Shown piece after piece: positions 13,801 through 26,114 of a DNA stretch of 64,000 nt; position 1 is the stretch's first letter; each line of letters begins with the position of its first letter. The position numbers and the translations under genes are program-made. Under the pieces are notes generated by a model that was not told the origin of the DNA, did not search any database, and saw only the letters and a program-made list of their open reading frames with translations. Source of the stretch: Vicugna vicugna (taxonomy: Eukaryota); assembly GCA_013265495.1 (NCBI GenBank), contig MU058139.1, positions 1 to 64,000 of the forward strand, given 5' to 3'.

Positions 13801-15097
13801 GATTATTATTTCTTAGCTGAGAATGGCCATCAAGGGACAGAAGTTTCATAATCACCACTGTCTCCTAAGAACTTGCACTGTGGTTCAATCAGATTCGCTA
13901 CTCTCCCGAGATGAAGGATTAGCGGGATTGTAGGGGTTGAAATGGCAATTTGATGTAAGCTTCTATTTTCTGCAGTTTAATAGGGGTGAGAGTTGGCACT
14001 CTGTGGAATGCCTGGTCAAATGCAGAAGGCTGACAGCCGTGTGGAAATGGGTCTGCTCGAATAACAGAAGAGGCTTCTTCCTTGTACACAGAATGCCACT
14101 AACAAGCTATAAACCCTGGGTAGTCAAACAGTTGGCACCACTATTTCTTAGATCCTCATATTAGGACTCATTAAGAATTAAACCAAGCTCTCTAGACTGC
14201 TAACTAGTGATTTGGGGTCCAGAAATCTCCAGCTTCTGATTTCCGAAGGTTTCTGAGGATGTTTTGGTTTGCTTTGGGCTCAGAATCCCTGTTTGGTTCA
14301 CAGGAAAATGGAATTCTCACCTCTGTGAGGTGGGAACAGTTTTATATCCTCCGATATATGTGCAGGAGAGGAGCTATTTCCTTTCCACTTGCTCAGGCTT
14401 TTGCTTATCAAGCCCCCAGGATTCATAAATTTCAGCTCATAGATCTTTATTGTAGACAATTAAGAACATTCTAGCCTAGATCCCTTTTATGAAATGGGTC
14501 TTCTGTGTTGTAAATGATTTAGTGGGAACTAAAACATATTTACGGATTCATAATTGCATGTGATGCCAGTGACGGGGTTGGGAAATGAAAGAAGTGTTTC
14601 TTTTCAAATAAAATCACACTCAATGGAATGTTAGCTTCTTCCTTCCTTTCTCAGGCTAGATGTTAATCCTGCGGTGCTGCTGTCATTCTGAAATTCAAAG
14701 GAAACCTTCCTTTCCATACATATACGTATATTTGAATGTAGGTAAGCCAACTTGCGTGTTTTTAACTGATGCTGAATGTTACTGGCAAATCAGTAATAGT
14801 AAGTGAGAAGAGGAGCCATTGGACCAGAATAAGTAATATTGACACCAGACTGTAAAAAAGAATTATGGCTTCTTACCCTTCAGTTCTTTCCATGAAGCCT
14901 TCAGGGTGGCAGCTCTTAGGAGTTAAAAGAAGAACTTTTACATTTTGACTTAAAAAGGAAAAATTAACTATACACCCCAACAATGCTGACCTAGTATTTC
15001 TTAAAGGATCATAGAGAGGACAAATCGTTTGACTTGCCCCAGTGTGTTGGCACCAATCTGCTCTTGCAGACCAGATGGTGCAACTACCATGTGAGCA

Positions 15098-15556
15098 CAA
15101 GCATGCCTTGTTTAATTGTGCTTGTATTAGCTTCACGGATAATGCATTTTCTACAAAGTGAAGGTTTATGGCAATCCTGCATCGAGCAAGTCTGTCTGCG
15201 CCATTTTTCCAACAGCATGTGCTCACTTTGAGTCTCTGTGTCACATTTGGGTAATTCTCTTTTTCATTATGATCCTTTGCAGTGGTGATCTGGGATCAGT
15301 GATGGTTGATGTTCTTGTTGCAGAAAGATTATGACTCCCTGAAGTCTCAGATGATGGTTAGCGATTTTTAGCAATACAGTAGTTTTAAAGTATGTACATT
15401 GTTTTGTTTGTTTTTGGTGCAGTGCTACACTAGAGTGTAAACAAAACTTTTATATGCACTGGGAAACCAAAAAGCTCCTGTTACTCACTTTCTTGTGATA
15501 ATTTGCTTTATCAAGTGGTCTGGAACCAAACCCACAATATCTCCGAGGTCTGCCTG
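15098..15556 (+). mobile_element. Internally deleted Tigger1 DNA transposon (MITE-like)
   Basis: Tigger1 5' end (caagcatgccttg..gaaggtttatggcaatcctgcatcgagcaagtct) joined to its 3' end (ggtctggaaccaaacccacaatatctccgaggtctgcctg|TA), with degenerate terminal inverted repeats. Confidence 0.85.
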
Positions 15557-16169
15557 TACAAGGAAAAGTTGAATGTGGTTTATTCAAACTAGAAATATTT
15601 ATCGAGTGCCTTCTGTAGTCTGTGTCAACTATATATCTAACTTGAATGCTTAACAAGTTCATAGTAAAATGTTGATAAATGTCTAAAACTAATGTCGTAC
15701 ATGCGTAGTGTCACATGGAATTTGGGGCCAAGTGGATTGGGGAATGTGGCATAAACTCTAGCTTAACCTCACACCACTGTCAAAGAAGGAAAAGGATTTA
15801 GGGGGCAGGTGAACTCCCTAGTAAATAAGAGCATGCAGTCAGGACGGTAAACTGTGTCCTCAAAAGGTGCTGAAGGCAACGGAGAAATCATAGTCACCGA
15901 GGAAAACCTGACTTCCCACTATAAGGCGTTACGTATCAGAGAAGTGATTATTCCTGCAGAAAGAAATTACTGGCCGTTTGTTTCTTGTTATAGTCTCTAG
16001 GTCCCTCCAGGCATATCACAGCTTTGCACATTTCCAAGAGTAAATCAGATATGGAGCTTATGCCCAAGTCCCTAACAAGCTAGTTGGGGAAGTAAGATAT
16101 GTAATAAATGATTCTAATAATGATGGAAAGGAAGATAAGTCTCATGAGCTATAAAGTGTGACAGACATA

Positions 16170-16531
16170 GTGCGCTGCCCAGATCTTCCTTCTGCAAGGC
16201 ATCTGTTGCAGAGAGGGTAGTTAACAGGACCCACTGCTGGGCTTCTATCCCGTCTTCCTTCCTCCTCCCTCCATCCCCTCCTATCACACACTAGGTACCA
16301 GACTCGAATCTCGGTCTGAAGCCTCCTGTCCTCACCACTTTGCCTTTCAGAGGAGAGTCTCCTAGTAAAGCTCTTGCATTTCTTCTTCTTTTTTTTTTTT
16401 AATTGAAGTACAGTCAGTTTACAATGTTGTGTCAGTTTCTGGTGCACAGCACAATGCCTCAGTCATACATGAATAGCTCTTGCATTTCCAATTCTATCTT
16501 GACATCTCTTTTCTGGAAGCCTGAACTGACA
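16170..16531 (+). mobile_element. LTR16-like solo LTR interrupted by a short L1
   Basis: The 3' end agtaaagctcttgcatttccaattctatcttg...gaactgaca is typical of ERVL LTR16-class LTRs. Confidence 0.5.
16383..16474 (-). mobile_element. Very short 5'-truncated young L1 3' end with 14-bp TSD
   Basis: poly(T) followed by aattgaagtacagtcagtttacaatgttgtgtcagtttctgg. Exact TSD AGCTCTTGCATTTC at 16369-16382 and 16475-16488. Confidence 0.88.
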
Positions 16532-18317
16532 TTTAAAGCTGAATTACTTTGAGATTCAGAAAAGAGGTTTGTTCCTTCATGTGTAGGGATTAGGAAAGAT
16601 TACAGAGATAACAACCCTTTCAAGGTCGACCTTTCTATGAAGTAGGTATAAGTAGAAATAGTTTTTGAACTATTGAAAACTAAGCCTGAAAGGGTTCATA
16701 GCAATGCATCTTAACACGATTCATTGACTCCTAGAGTGATTCTTCATTCACTTCCACACCAATAATAGCAAAATTCCTCAGTGACATTCCATGAGGTCTT
16801 TTTCCCACCGTGGATGCTAGCAGATAGTTTATATTAACTTAATTTCTCCTCTTCTTACTCCATAGATAAGGAAACCACAAAGTTGCAAAGTTCCACAAAT
16901 CACTAGGGACAGCCAAGTATCAAAGTGAAGAGAAAAAATGTTCCACTAATGATCTCAGCCTGTGAAATACCCAGATATAAGCCTTTGAGAAAAGAGAGCA
17001 TTTGTGTCTAGAACACCACTCTTCATTAATTTTCCTAAAACATATATCACTTGCTCAAAAATCTTCAGTGGTTTTTCATTTCCCAAAGAAGTTTCAGGGA
17101 ACTTTAGAGTTTCAAAGTGCTCCTCACCCACAGAAAGACAGGGGTGAAGAGTTCTGTGGTCAAATGAGATCAAGAAACTTTTTGTACCACGTTCTGTTCT
17201 GGTTCTGAAAGTTCCAGAATAAAGTCATACAACTCCAATTGATTTCAGTGTTTCCTAAACTTACTTGATCCCAGAGTTCTTAATTCAGCTACTAAATAAC
17301 TAGTTCACAGAATTCATCTTTTTTTTTTTTGAGAAATTCCAGCTTAGAAAAGAAAGTAAAATTTTCTGCATGCCCACAGATAGATAGATATTTTTACTTC
17401 ACAAAAGTTTTGTTTTATTCTAATCAAAACATAATATATTAATTAATACTAAAAAATGAAAGAAAAAGTTAAAATTATCTCTTGATATCCCATCAACCTA
17501 CACCATTTAATGTTGAATTTCCTTCATATATCTCTTGATAGCCACACATACAGAAAATGATACATAAATACCATAATACTATTTCATCATGAGCACCACA
17601 CCTCTCTTTCCTCCCCTCCCTCCCTCATTTTCCCTCCTAAATGGTGCCATTGCCCCATTTCTCCCCCCACCAGCTGGGTGACCATGGTAACAAGCTGCTG
17701 TGTAACTTTTGTACCTTCTTCAGGCTTTTGTGTAAACATACACATGAAGTGTTTAGAAAAATTTTTCTTACTAAAATGGAGAATTACATACACACCTCTA
17801 TGTTTCAGTTTTCACACTTAATACCTTGAGAAAGTCCTTCTGAGTTAATCATTGTTAAATGGCTGCACAACTGTATATGGTTTGAAGGCATCAATATTTC
17901 TTCAATTGTTTTCTTATTAATGGAAATTTGCTTTCAAAAGAAATCCTCTACAACGTTGCTTTAAAGTCATCCTGAATATATATTTCTATAGACTTTTGCA
18001 CTTACTTCTATGAGATGGATTTTAAGATGACTGGGATTTCTAAAGCTTCCAGGATTGAGATTGCTGAAAAAAAAATTCTATATGTATGCTTTCAATTTTA
18101 ATGGGTGTTATTAGATTGCTTTTCAAAATGTTGTAACAATTCTTATTTCTACCACCAAGTGTAAGAGAGCCTTTTCTCCTCTGGTGTCTTTCATTCCTTT
18201 TTATAATTGCAAATATTACAGGGTTCTCCGATATCTGTTATTTTAATTTGCATTTTCCAATCTTCCAGGGCAACTGAACATGCTTTTGCGTTTAATAGTC
18301 GTAGCAGATAATATTGG

Positions 18318-18700
18318 TGTCCTAATAAATGCCATCTGGACTTCCAGATGCTAACACCTGCCTTTCTTTATCGGGGAACTTTCTTTGGCTGTGAGGATCC
18401 ACTCTGGCTGTGAGGAGCCACGTGACAGGCCAAAATGCTGGGGACGTAACTTTCGATGGGAGAAGTCCTCCATCAGTGAGGGATGAGCGCTCTCTGCCCT
18501 CGAGTGGGATACTCTGCAATATGTGTCTGGGCTGTTTGCCAGAGTTCCCCAGCAACATTAAGCTCCGGTTCCTAAAGGTGGTGATTTACTTAATGGTGTA
18601 CTTTTTACTGGCCCCTTAACTTCCCTGTCTTACTTCCCCACTCCCAGATATGCCCCTTGAACCCTGGTGTCAGAGTCTGTGTCTTGGGGAACCTAGCCTA
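18318..18700 (+). mobile_element. ERVL-class solo LTR (LTR16/LTR33-like)
   Basis: Begins tgtcctaataaatg and ends ctggtgtcagagtctgtgtcttgggaacctagcctaa; it interrupts an old L1. Confidence 0.5.
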
Positions 18701-19029
18701 AAAGAAAAGTCATTTGTATTATCCTCTAGGAATTGTCTGTTGGTGCATTTCCTCGACTGAAGCTTGAGTCCCCAGGAGACCTGTCGCACAGGAGCTGAAG
18801 CTATTATGAAGATGACAAGATGCAGCTGCTGCTGGAGATGCCCCCCGATGCAGAGAAATACCTTGTCTCTCCCTTCCCCCCTGAGGCCCAGGTATTGCCC
18901 ACAGCCTCCCCCTGGCTAGAACCCAGCCTGACTACTTGTCAAAGGAGAATGGAAAAGGCAGCCTCGAAGGGCTCAAGGAGTAACAGAAGGACAGGAAATG
19001 AATCTGAGACCAAACAGACTCAGAACTGA

Positions 19030-19245
19030 CATGAGATTTGCAAATATTAACAACTATATATAAGATAGATGAACAAGTCTCTTCTGGATAGCACCAGGGA
19101 ACTATATTCAATATATTGTAGTAACCCATAATGAAAAAATATGAAAACAAATGTATGTATGTGTATGTATGACTGAAACATTATGTTGTAAAACCAGAAA
19201 TTGACACCATGTTGTAAACTGACTATACTTCAGTAATAAAACAAA
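19030..19245 (+). mobile_element. Young L1 3'UTR fragment
   Basis: atagcaccagggaactatattcaatatattgtagtaac...accagaaattgacaccatgttgtaaactgactatacttca followed by an A-rich tail. Confidence 0.85.
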
Positions 19246-20161
19246 GCATTACAGTATGTGAATCATAAATAAAATAAAATGAAATTATGGATGGCCAGTT
19301 ATGTCAGCACCAGATATAAAATAAATCGTCTTCTCCCTCCACTGAACTGAATGTTTTTATATTAAACTCTCATATATCTACCTAATGAGATCTATATCTA
19401 AGAAATCTGTTTCATGAATATATTTGTCTAATCAAATGCAAATAGCATACTGTTTGGATTACAATGACTGTTAAATATGTGTCAGTCACGTTTCCTCTCA
19501 CTGTTTCTTTTTATAATCTTTGGACTAGTTTCAAACTCTTGTTCTTTCATATGAACTCTAGATTATGTAAATTAAATATACAAAAATTATATTCGTATGA
19601 GAATTGCATGTATAAATGGTTTAAGGAGTTACATCTCTATGTCTTCTCATAGTGTATCTTTGTTCTGATTAGCTTTCTGTCCTTCAATAAAACTTTATGG
19701 GTTTTATTACATTATAAGTCCTTTGCTAGAATAAATTTATTCTACATATTTTTTTTTACTTTTGATACAAATGAGAATTCAATTTTCCCTGTTTCAATTT
19801 CTAGCTGGTTATTATAACACAGAGAAGATTATTACTATAAAGACTTTTGTATATTTTTCTTGTCTCTATATACCTTAACCTGATTCCTTTATTAATCAAA
19901 ATTTTTTTTAACCAGGGCTTTTGGGTTTTCTAGGCATACAATTTTATCTACGACAAAAACTTTTCTTTCTTCTTTTCAAACACAGTCCCAATTTGTTTTC
20001 CCCTGGTACTATTCTATTTACTAGATTTTCCAAAGCAGCATTACATCTTCATCTAAATAGCAAGTGTCCTTGCCTTGTTTCTGGTTTTAATGAAAATGGC
20101 TTTAGCGCTACACCTTTCAGGTTGACTGTTCTTTGTAATACAATTTATCTTATATATGTAC

Positions 20162-23100
20162 TTTTTTTTCCCAAGGAAATTAACTTTATTTTTCTTAGGA
20201 TTTTTTTAAAAAGCAACGTTTCCCTAATCAGCAGTAACACTAAAAGTAATACAGAAAATAAAACTTGATCACTTGAGTACATGTTATTCATAATGAGGTA
20301 AGTTTTTTTTATTCTTTCTACAGGACTATGTTATATAGCAACACGGGTTATGGAGATGTTAATTGTGCTTGAGGGTTACAGTGAGTTACAAAAGTATACC
20401 TGCTCACAATTTCTCTGCTTGTCTACTCGTAAACCAGTCATGTATTTACATTATTTCCTAATACCTAAAAAGACAGAAGAAGAACTGGACTTCACCCCCT
20501 GCTCTGTGAGTCAGCATCTCCCCATGCCCTGGGGAGGAAGAGATGCAGATTCCTAGGGCCAGGGCTCTGAAGCCCCTCAAGAACCTCGGGTCCCTAGCCT
20601 AAAGGAAAAAATGACCTTTGCAATCTCTCAGGTTTCTCCCAACTCTAGAGCGCCATGATTTGAAAATAAAGCTACCTCGTGCAGTGGCTTTTAGTTCTTT
20701 TTTCTTCCTCTTTCTTAAATCTTACCCTCACCCATTTAATAGACTTATCTATGTGACTTCAAAAAGGTCACATCTAATCTTTCTGCTTTGGTTGATCTAC
20801 TATTAGTTCCTAAACAGTATCTGTCTAAAACTACTATAGAAATAGTATAAAACTGAAAGAAAGAAACATTCATGCTATGTTCCACTTAACATTTCTATTA
20901 GGAATAAAAAGTTAATCATGTTATAATTTTTTAATTTAAGAAGATCTAGGGTTTAAAGAATTCAAGTACTATTACATGATTCTATTAGGTTCTTTAAAAT
21001 TTAAATTCAATCTGAACGTGGTATTTTAATGTATTAAAAGTAGCTAACATGTCAAATCCAATGCCTGACAGAGGGCAAAAAGCAGAATGACAGAAGCAAT
21101 GTATTTTTTGGGGGTGGTGGGGCTACTAGCTTTGCTGACCAAAAAACCTCAGGTAGATCACAATATTTTACATATTCCTACCAGTTGCCGTGAAGGCATT
21201 AATACGACAAACAAGTTTAAAATGAACATTTTCTTGTCACTCCTAGAGCCCAAATTTCTCATGAAACACACGAAAAAAGTATACAAATTCTAACATTACT
21301 TAAGCCCCACTCCCCATAAACATAAAACCTCTAACCCCCAAGCACACCAAAGTCTATAATTTACATTTACTAGTTTGGCTTTTCATACAATAGTGAGAAG
21401 GCCTTTATAAATCCCCAGTAAATCTTTAATTACATTTAAAGAACAATACATAGAACCTGAAGTTTTATGTGCATGTTATTTTAGACAACCATATAATTAT
21501 GAGCAAATATATTGGCATTTCAACAGGTTAACCTCCTCACAAAGAAAGGATATTTGCTCATGAAAATAATGCACTTTATAATAAACAGGAAGTTTAATAT
21601 ACACAAATAAAATAGAAAAATTAATTTCTTACAGACTGGTTAGTGTTGATATGCCACTCAAAAACTGCCTTTCATACCTGAAAAACTTAGCCTGCTTTAT
21701 TATTTTTTTATACTATCAAAAAAGGTTTTGCCACAAATGCACAGTGGACAAAGAGACAGGAGGCCACTGACGTGTTTACAATTAGAAGTATCTAAAACCT
21801 ATTTACAGTTTGCTAAAAAAAAATAGTTAAAAGTAATTAAAAAAATGATTTTAAAGGAAAAAACTAGTCTGGTTACAGCTGATTTTTTGTTATGTTTTCA
21901 GAGTATGAGTGGGGAAGTTAAATTGCTTGAAACATTTTATGTTTTCATTTAAGAGTATGAAAAAAAGAAAATGTGCCTACATGTGGCTATATTGTTATAA
22001 GTCAGAGGAAACTGTCAAGTCATGACCCTTAGCAATAAACAAAAGCATACCAAACAGACTGCCTCAGCTGACATACTTTAGAATCTCTTTTCAGGGGTTT
22101 CCATTAGTTGGTGGTTAATGGTAACAATTCTACAAGTATAAATAGAACAAAATACATTTTTCACTGGCTAGGAAACCTGCTATTTATGTGGTTGTAGAAA
22201 ACTGTTCAAGGAATTTGTAAAAATCATTCATAATTTAATTAAGTGTTGCGGTTTTTCCACCCCCTTGGTATAAAAGTTTACAGATGGATTTTCATATTCT
22301 ATCACATTCACATGGTCCAGTGCATTTCAGAGTATTTGGACATTACCAAAGCTGTCCTTTCCCGATGAAAACACTCAAGAAACCTTTAAGCATTTCTCAC
22401 ACAAGTGACATGATATGGAACTACCTACGTTTTGGGCTCTCACTTCTTTTAAGTACAAACACGATTATTCACCAAAGCAAAACGGTCTTGACTATTTCAC
22501 AGTGTCTATCAACAAGAAGTTCTCTGTTGGACAGAGGGGGCTACAGTATTCTGAAGCTACTTCCCAAGAGCTAGTTTAGAAGACAGAACTTTGGGCTCAT
22601 CTTGACTTTTCCTTTTTTTTTTTTTTTTTTGAGTATGATACACATACTATACTGTTTACTATCTTTTGTCATTGGATTAAGATTAGCTGGGAAGTAGCTT
22701 CGGATTTTTATCGTGATCACTGATGGCGTGGACCTCTTAAGATTGTGCTGGTGAAAGTGCCTTTTTTCTTTATACAATTCATGGACCTCTTTCTAGCCCT
22801 TTGTAATATATTTGGTGACAACAGCAAGTCCTTCACTGGAAGGTTTAAGATGCAACAATCTTAACAGATCTTTGTGAGACCAGCCATTTCTTTGTTTACA
22901 CTTAGTCACTGCCAGGGCCAGGGCCATGCCACCTTTCTCATTGTACCAGTCTGCTATAGCCTTCCAGAGCGCACGGCCCCACATGCCACATTTCAAGCTT
23001 TCCTTACGCTCTTTCTTGAACTGGATAAAAGTGAAGAGGTGTGTAGGAATGCGACACATTTCAGAAACAGCTCTGAAAGCGGCTTGCTTGGTGCTCCTGT

Positions 23101-23620
23101 CAGGGCACTGGGAACAAACGGCGAGGGCGAAGAGCAGAGGCGCCTGCTTTGCGGTTCTGTCTTCTTGACTGAACGACTTTACTTCCTGGACCACTTCACA
23201 TCCCCTGCCATCTTCAGTCAACCTAATTAAAGCTTCAGCATTCTCAAGGCCCAGCTTCTGTTCTTTGATATAGTAAATCCCACTTTCAGACCCGAAACGT
23301 AAGAACCGGTGCAGGCGATTCATACGGGTGACTTGCCGCACATACCCGCCCTCAGAGCTGGCCACCTGCTGCTCACGCAGCCGCTGCGTCTGGCTTAGCG
23401 ATTCCTCCATTCCTCTGTCTTTCAGGAAACCTTTTCAGATGAGAGGACGCGGAGGCTGAGGTTCAGAGTTCCATCGGGAGAGCTCTGCCTGGAGGCCGAC
23501 CCTCCGAACCCGACGCGCCACCGGAGAAGCCGTGCACCGCGCCGCGGAACGGCGACTGGCGGCGGCCTGATGGGCGGTGAATAGTCGGCGGCCGCCGCCC
23601 GCCGCCCGCCGCCCGCCGCC
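20162..23620 (-). pseudogene. RO60: RO60 (TROVE2/SSA2) processed pseudogene: GC-rich 5'UTR, 205-codon ORF (22793-23410), internal deletion, long 3'UTR
   Basis: [42 protein letters not shown] matches the Ro60 N-terminus. It has no introns and a TGG->TAG stop at 22793-22795. After YKEK it jumps to 3'UTR-like sequence. Candidate AATAAA at 20185-20190 with a T-run at 20162-20169; the 3' boundary is uncertain and no TSD is clear. Confidence 0.9.
23330..23620. promoter_or_regulatory. Small CpG island formed by the RO60 retrocopy 5' end
   Basis: Dense CpG/GCC repeats (ggcggccgccgcccgccgcccgccgcccgccgcc) in otherwise AT-rich DNA; promoter activity is untested. Confidence 0.55.
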
Positions 23621-23941
23621 AATATTCTATTCTTTCTGCTCCTCTTACATTAGTTAGAACTTTGTTAGACTAAATTGTTTGATTTTATTAAGTAACTTTT
23701 TATCATCCAATGTCATGATACACGCTTTTACTTTTTAAAATGATCAATGTAGCAAATTATGTCGATAGATTTTATAATATTAAAACATCCATGAATTTAT
23801 GAAATAAATCCTACTTGTTCACAATGTATTATTCCTTTGATATGTTGCTGGGTTCTATTTGTTAGTAGAATGTTTTACATTTGTATTCATGTGAGATTTG
23901 TCTGTTTCTTTTTCCTTTCATACAACTTTTTATCAATTTTA

Positions 23942-25734
23942 TTTTTTTATTTTTTTTAGTGTGTTAAATTCATTTATTAATTTAAAGAAAAATATATGAC
24001 CCCCATCACAAAAACAGATCATTCTAAATCTACTTTGAAGCTGAATCAATCAAGGAGTATCTATTTGGAAACTATGTACCCATCATATCATATCAAAGAT
24101 AAGGCTGCTGTCCTCACAAAAGATATGGATCATTGGTAATCATTCATTAACCTAGTCAATGTTCTACTATTTTGGAAACTATTGGAAAACTAACAAATTT
24201 CTCTGGACATGGTTATCTTGCCCTTCTGAGAGTCTTGTAGATCTAGATGAGATAAGTGTTGAAAAGGGGGTCTCATTTAGTCCAGAAAATTTCAGAGTCC
24301 AATGTAATTCTGGGCTAATCAGAGACTAAAGAACCTGTAGAAGGAGAAGTAGGCTTGGAAATCAAGCAGTGTTATTTTGAATGAGCAGGTTTAGGTCAAA
24401 GGTACGGAATTAATGATCACGCATCAATTAGGTATTTCTGCAATGCACTCCAATGCCCAGTGACCACTAACATTCTATTTCCTACTCTGATGCCTCCCTG
24501 ATGAGAGGTAGAGGCTTAAAGAATACTGCCAGCTATGAAATAAATCATACTCTAATGCTTATAATTTCTAAAGATACATCTTTTTTTAATATAAGAAACT
24601 TACTAAATCAAATGAATGCCAATTAAAGCAAAGATACTGTAAGAAACTTCTAATAGGAAATCCATGAAAGGAGTAATCATTTTAAGAGAAGAACCATTTT
24701 TCCAGTAGCGCCACTGCTGTGAATGAGATCTTCATGAGCCTGGGCCACCGTCTCCAACGGATACTGAGAACCTATTACAGGTCTCAACCAACCGATTTCC
24801 TTTCCAGCTTGAAGGGCTGCTGCAAACTGCCGAAATTCCTCCTTAGTTGATGAAAAGAGAGTAACTCCTTTTATGCTAGATTCCTTTGCCATGGTGTCCC
24901 GTGGATTTACTTCAATTGGACCTTTGCTGCCAACAATTATTACTCGTCCTCCTTGGGACGAAAGGTTCAAATCGTTGCTAAGATTTACATTAGCTAACAT
25001 TTCAATAATCACATCAATTCCTTTTTCACCAACAGGTTTCTGAATTTTATCAATATAATTATCTCCTCTGTGATTAAACACTTCATGGGCTCCATTCTGC
25101 AAAACAACCCTTTGTCCTTCCTCAGTAGCGGCCGTGCCCAAACCCTTTAAGCCATAAACTCTAGCAATCTGGCACTCTGCTAGTCCAACTCCTCCACTAG
25201 CTCCGTGAACCAGAACACTTTCTCCAGCTTTCGCGGAGGCGCTGTGGAGCAGAGCGCGATAGGCCGTGAAGCACGGGACGCCGACGGCAGCTCCTTGCTG
25301 GAAGTCCAGCGTCTCCGGCAGCTTGTAAACGGTGTGATCGGCGGCCAGCGCGTGCTCGGCATAGCCGCCCGAGACCGTGCTGGTGGTGAAGACTCTGTCA
25401 CCTTTCTTGAAAGCAGATACACGCTCTCCAACAGCTTCTATCAGCCCAGCCACATCTACACTAGGAGTAGCGGGGAGGCGCGGTTTCCTACTGTAGGTAC
25501 CAGAGCGAATATATGTGTCCACTGGGTTCACACCACAGGCTGGCACTTTGATTAGAACCTGATGTTCTTCTGGAATCGGTACAGCTACATCCGACTGGAG
25601 TTTCAGCACTTCTGGTCCACCATATTCAGAAACTCGAATCGCTCTCATCAACCTCTGGCCAGTTGCTATAGTGATCTAGATACCAGTTCTAAACTGGGAA
25701 ATCAGAATCTAGGAGGGCTCGCCCAGATTCCACC
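23942..25734 (-). pseudogene. CRYZ: CRYZ (zeta-crystallin/NADPH:quinone reductase) processed retrocopy, essentially full-length mRNA
   Basis: Intronless, with a short 5'UTR, CDS and ~700-nt 3'UTR. AATAAA at 23973-23978, degenerate poly(A) at 23942-23957, and TSD TATCAATTTTA at 23931-23941 and 25735-25745 at an L1-endonuclease TTTT/AAAA site. Confidence 0.95.
24677..25648 (-). CDS. CRYZ: Intact 323-aa ORF of the CRYZ retrocopy, from the in-frame Met8; coding status unknown
   Basis: [17 protein letters not shown]...VHGASGGVG...GKMVLLLK* with no stops or frameshifts. The ancestral ATG reads ATA (25667-25669). Confidence 0.45.
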   Translation of the reverse strand: MRAIRVSEYGGPEVLKLQSDVAVPIPEEHQVLIKVPACGVNPVDTYIRSGTYSRKPRLPATPSVDVAGLIEAVGERVSAFKKGDRVFTTSTVSGGYAEHALAADHTVYKLPETLDFQQGAAVGVPCFTAYRALLHSASAKAGESVLVHGASGGVGLAECQIARVYGLKGLGTAATEEGQRVVLQNGAHEVFNHRGDNYIDKIQKPVGEKGIDVIIEMLANVNLSNDLNLSSQGGRVIIVGSKGPIEVNPRDTMAKESSIKGVTLFSSTKEEFRQFAAALQAGKEIGWLRPVIGSQYPLETVAQAHEDLIHSSGATGKMVLLLK

Positions 25735-26114
25735 TATCAATTTTAAAATAGAGGTTATAATAACTTCATAAAATGAATCTGGAAGCTTTTAATATTTTCT
25801 TGTGGTCTTGAATTGTATAAATAATACCCAAATTAGGCTTTTATTGTAAGAACTCAGCTGTGACAATACATAGTATTGCTGTATTTTTTATAGTAAATAT
25901 TTAATCATCTTTTCAATTTCTTCTATTGGTAATTTGTTTAATCTGGGATCAATTTTGGCAGTTTATATTTTGCTCAAAAACTACATTTCCTCTCGGCTTT
26001 GAACTTAATTGCTATGAATTATATCTAGGATTCTAAAAAATGATTTTAATGCCTTCCTTATCTTGTTTTCTTTCTCAGTCCTAATTCTGTATATGTTTTT
26101 GATCTCTTTTATTT

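Noticed and set aside
23422..23622. 66-aa ORF MAAGGGRRAAAA…
   Set aside because: TTG-initiated frame through the GC-rich RO60 5'UTR; being stop-poor is expected from its composition.
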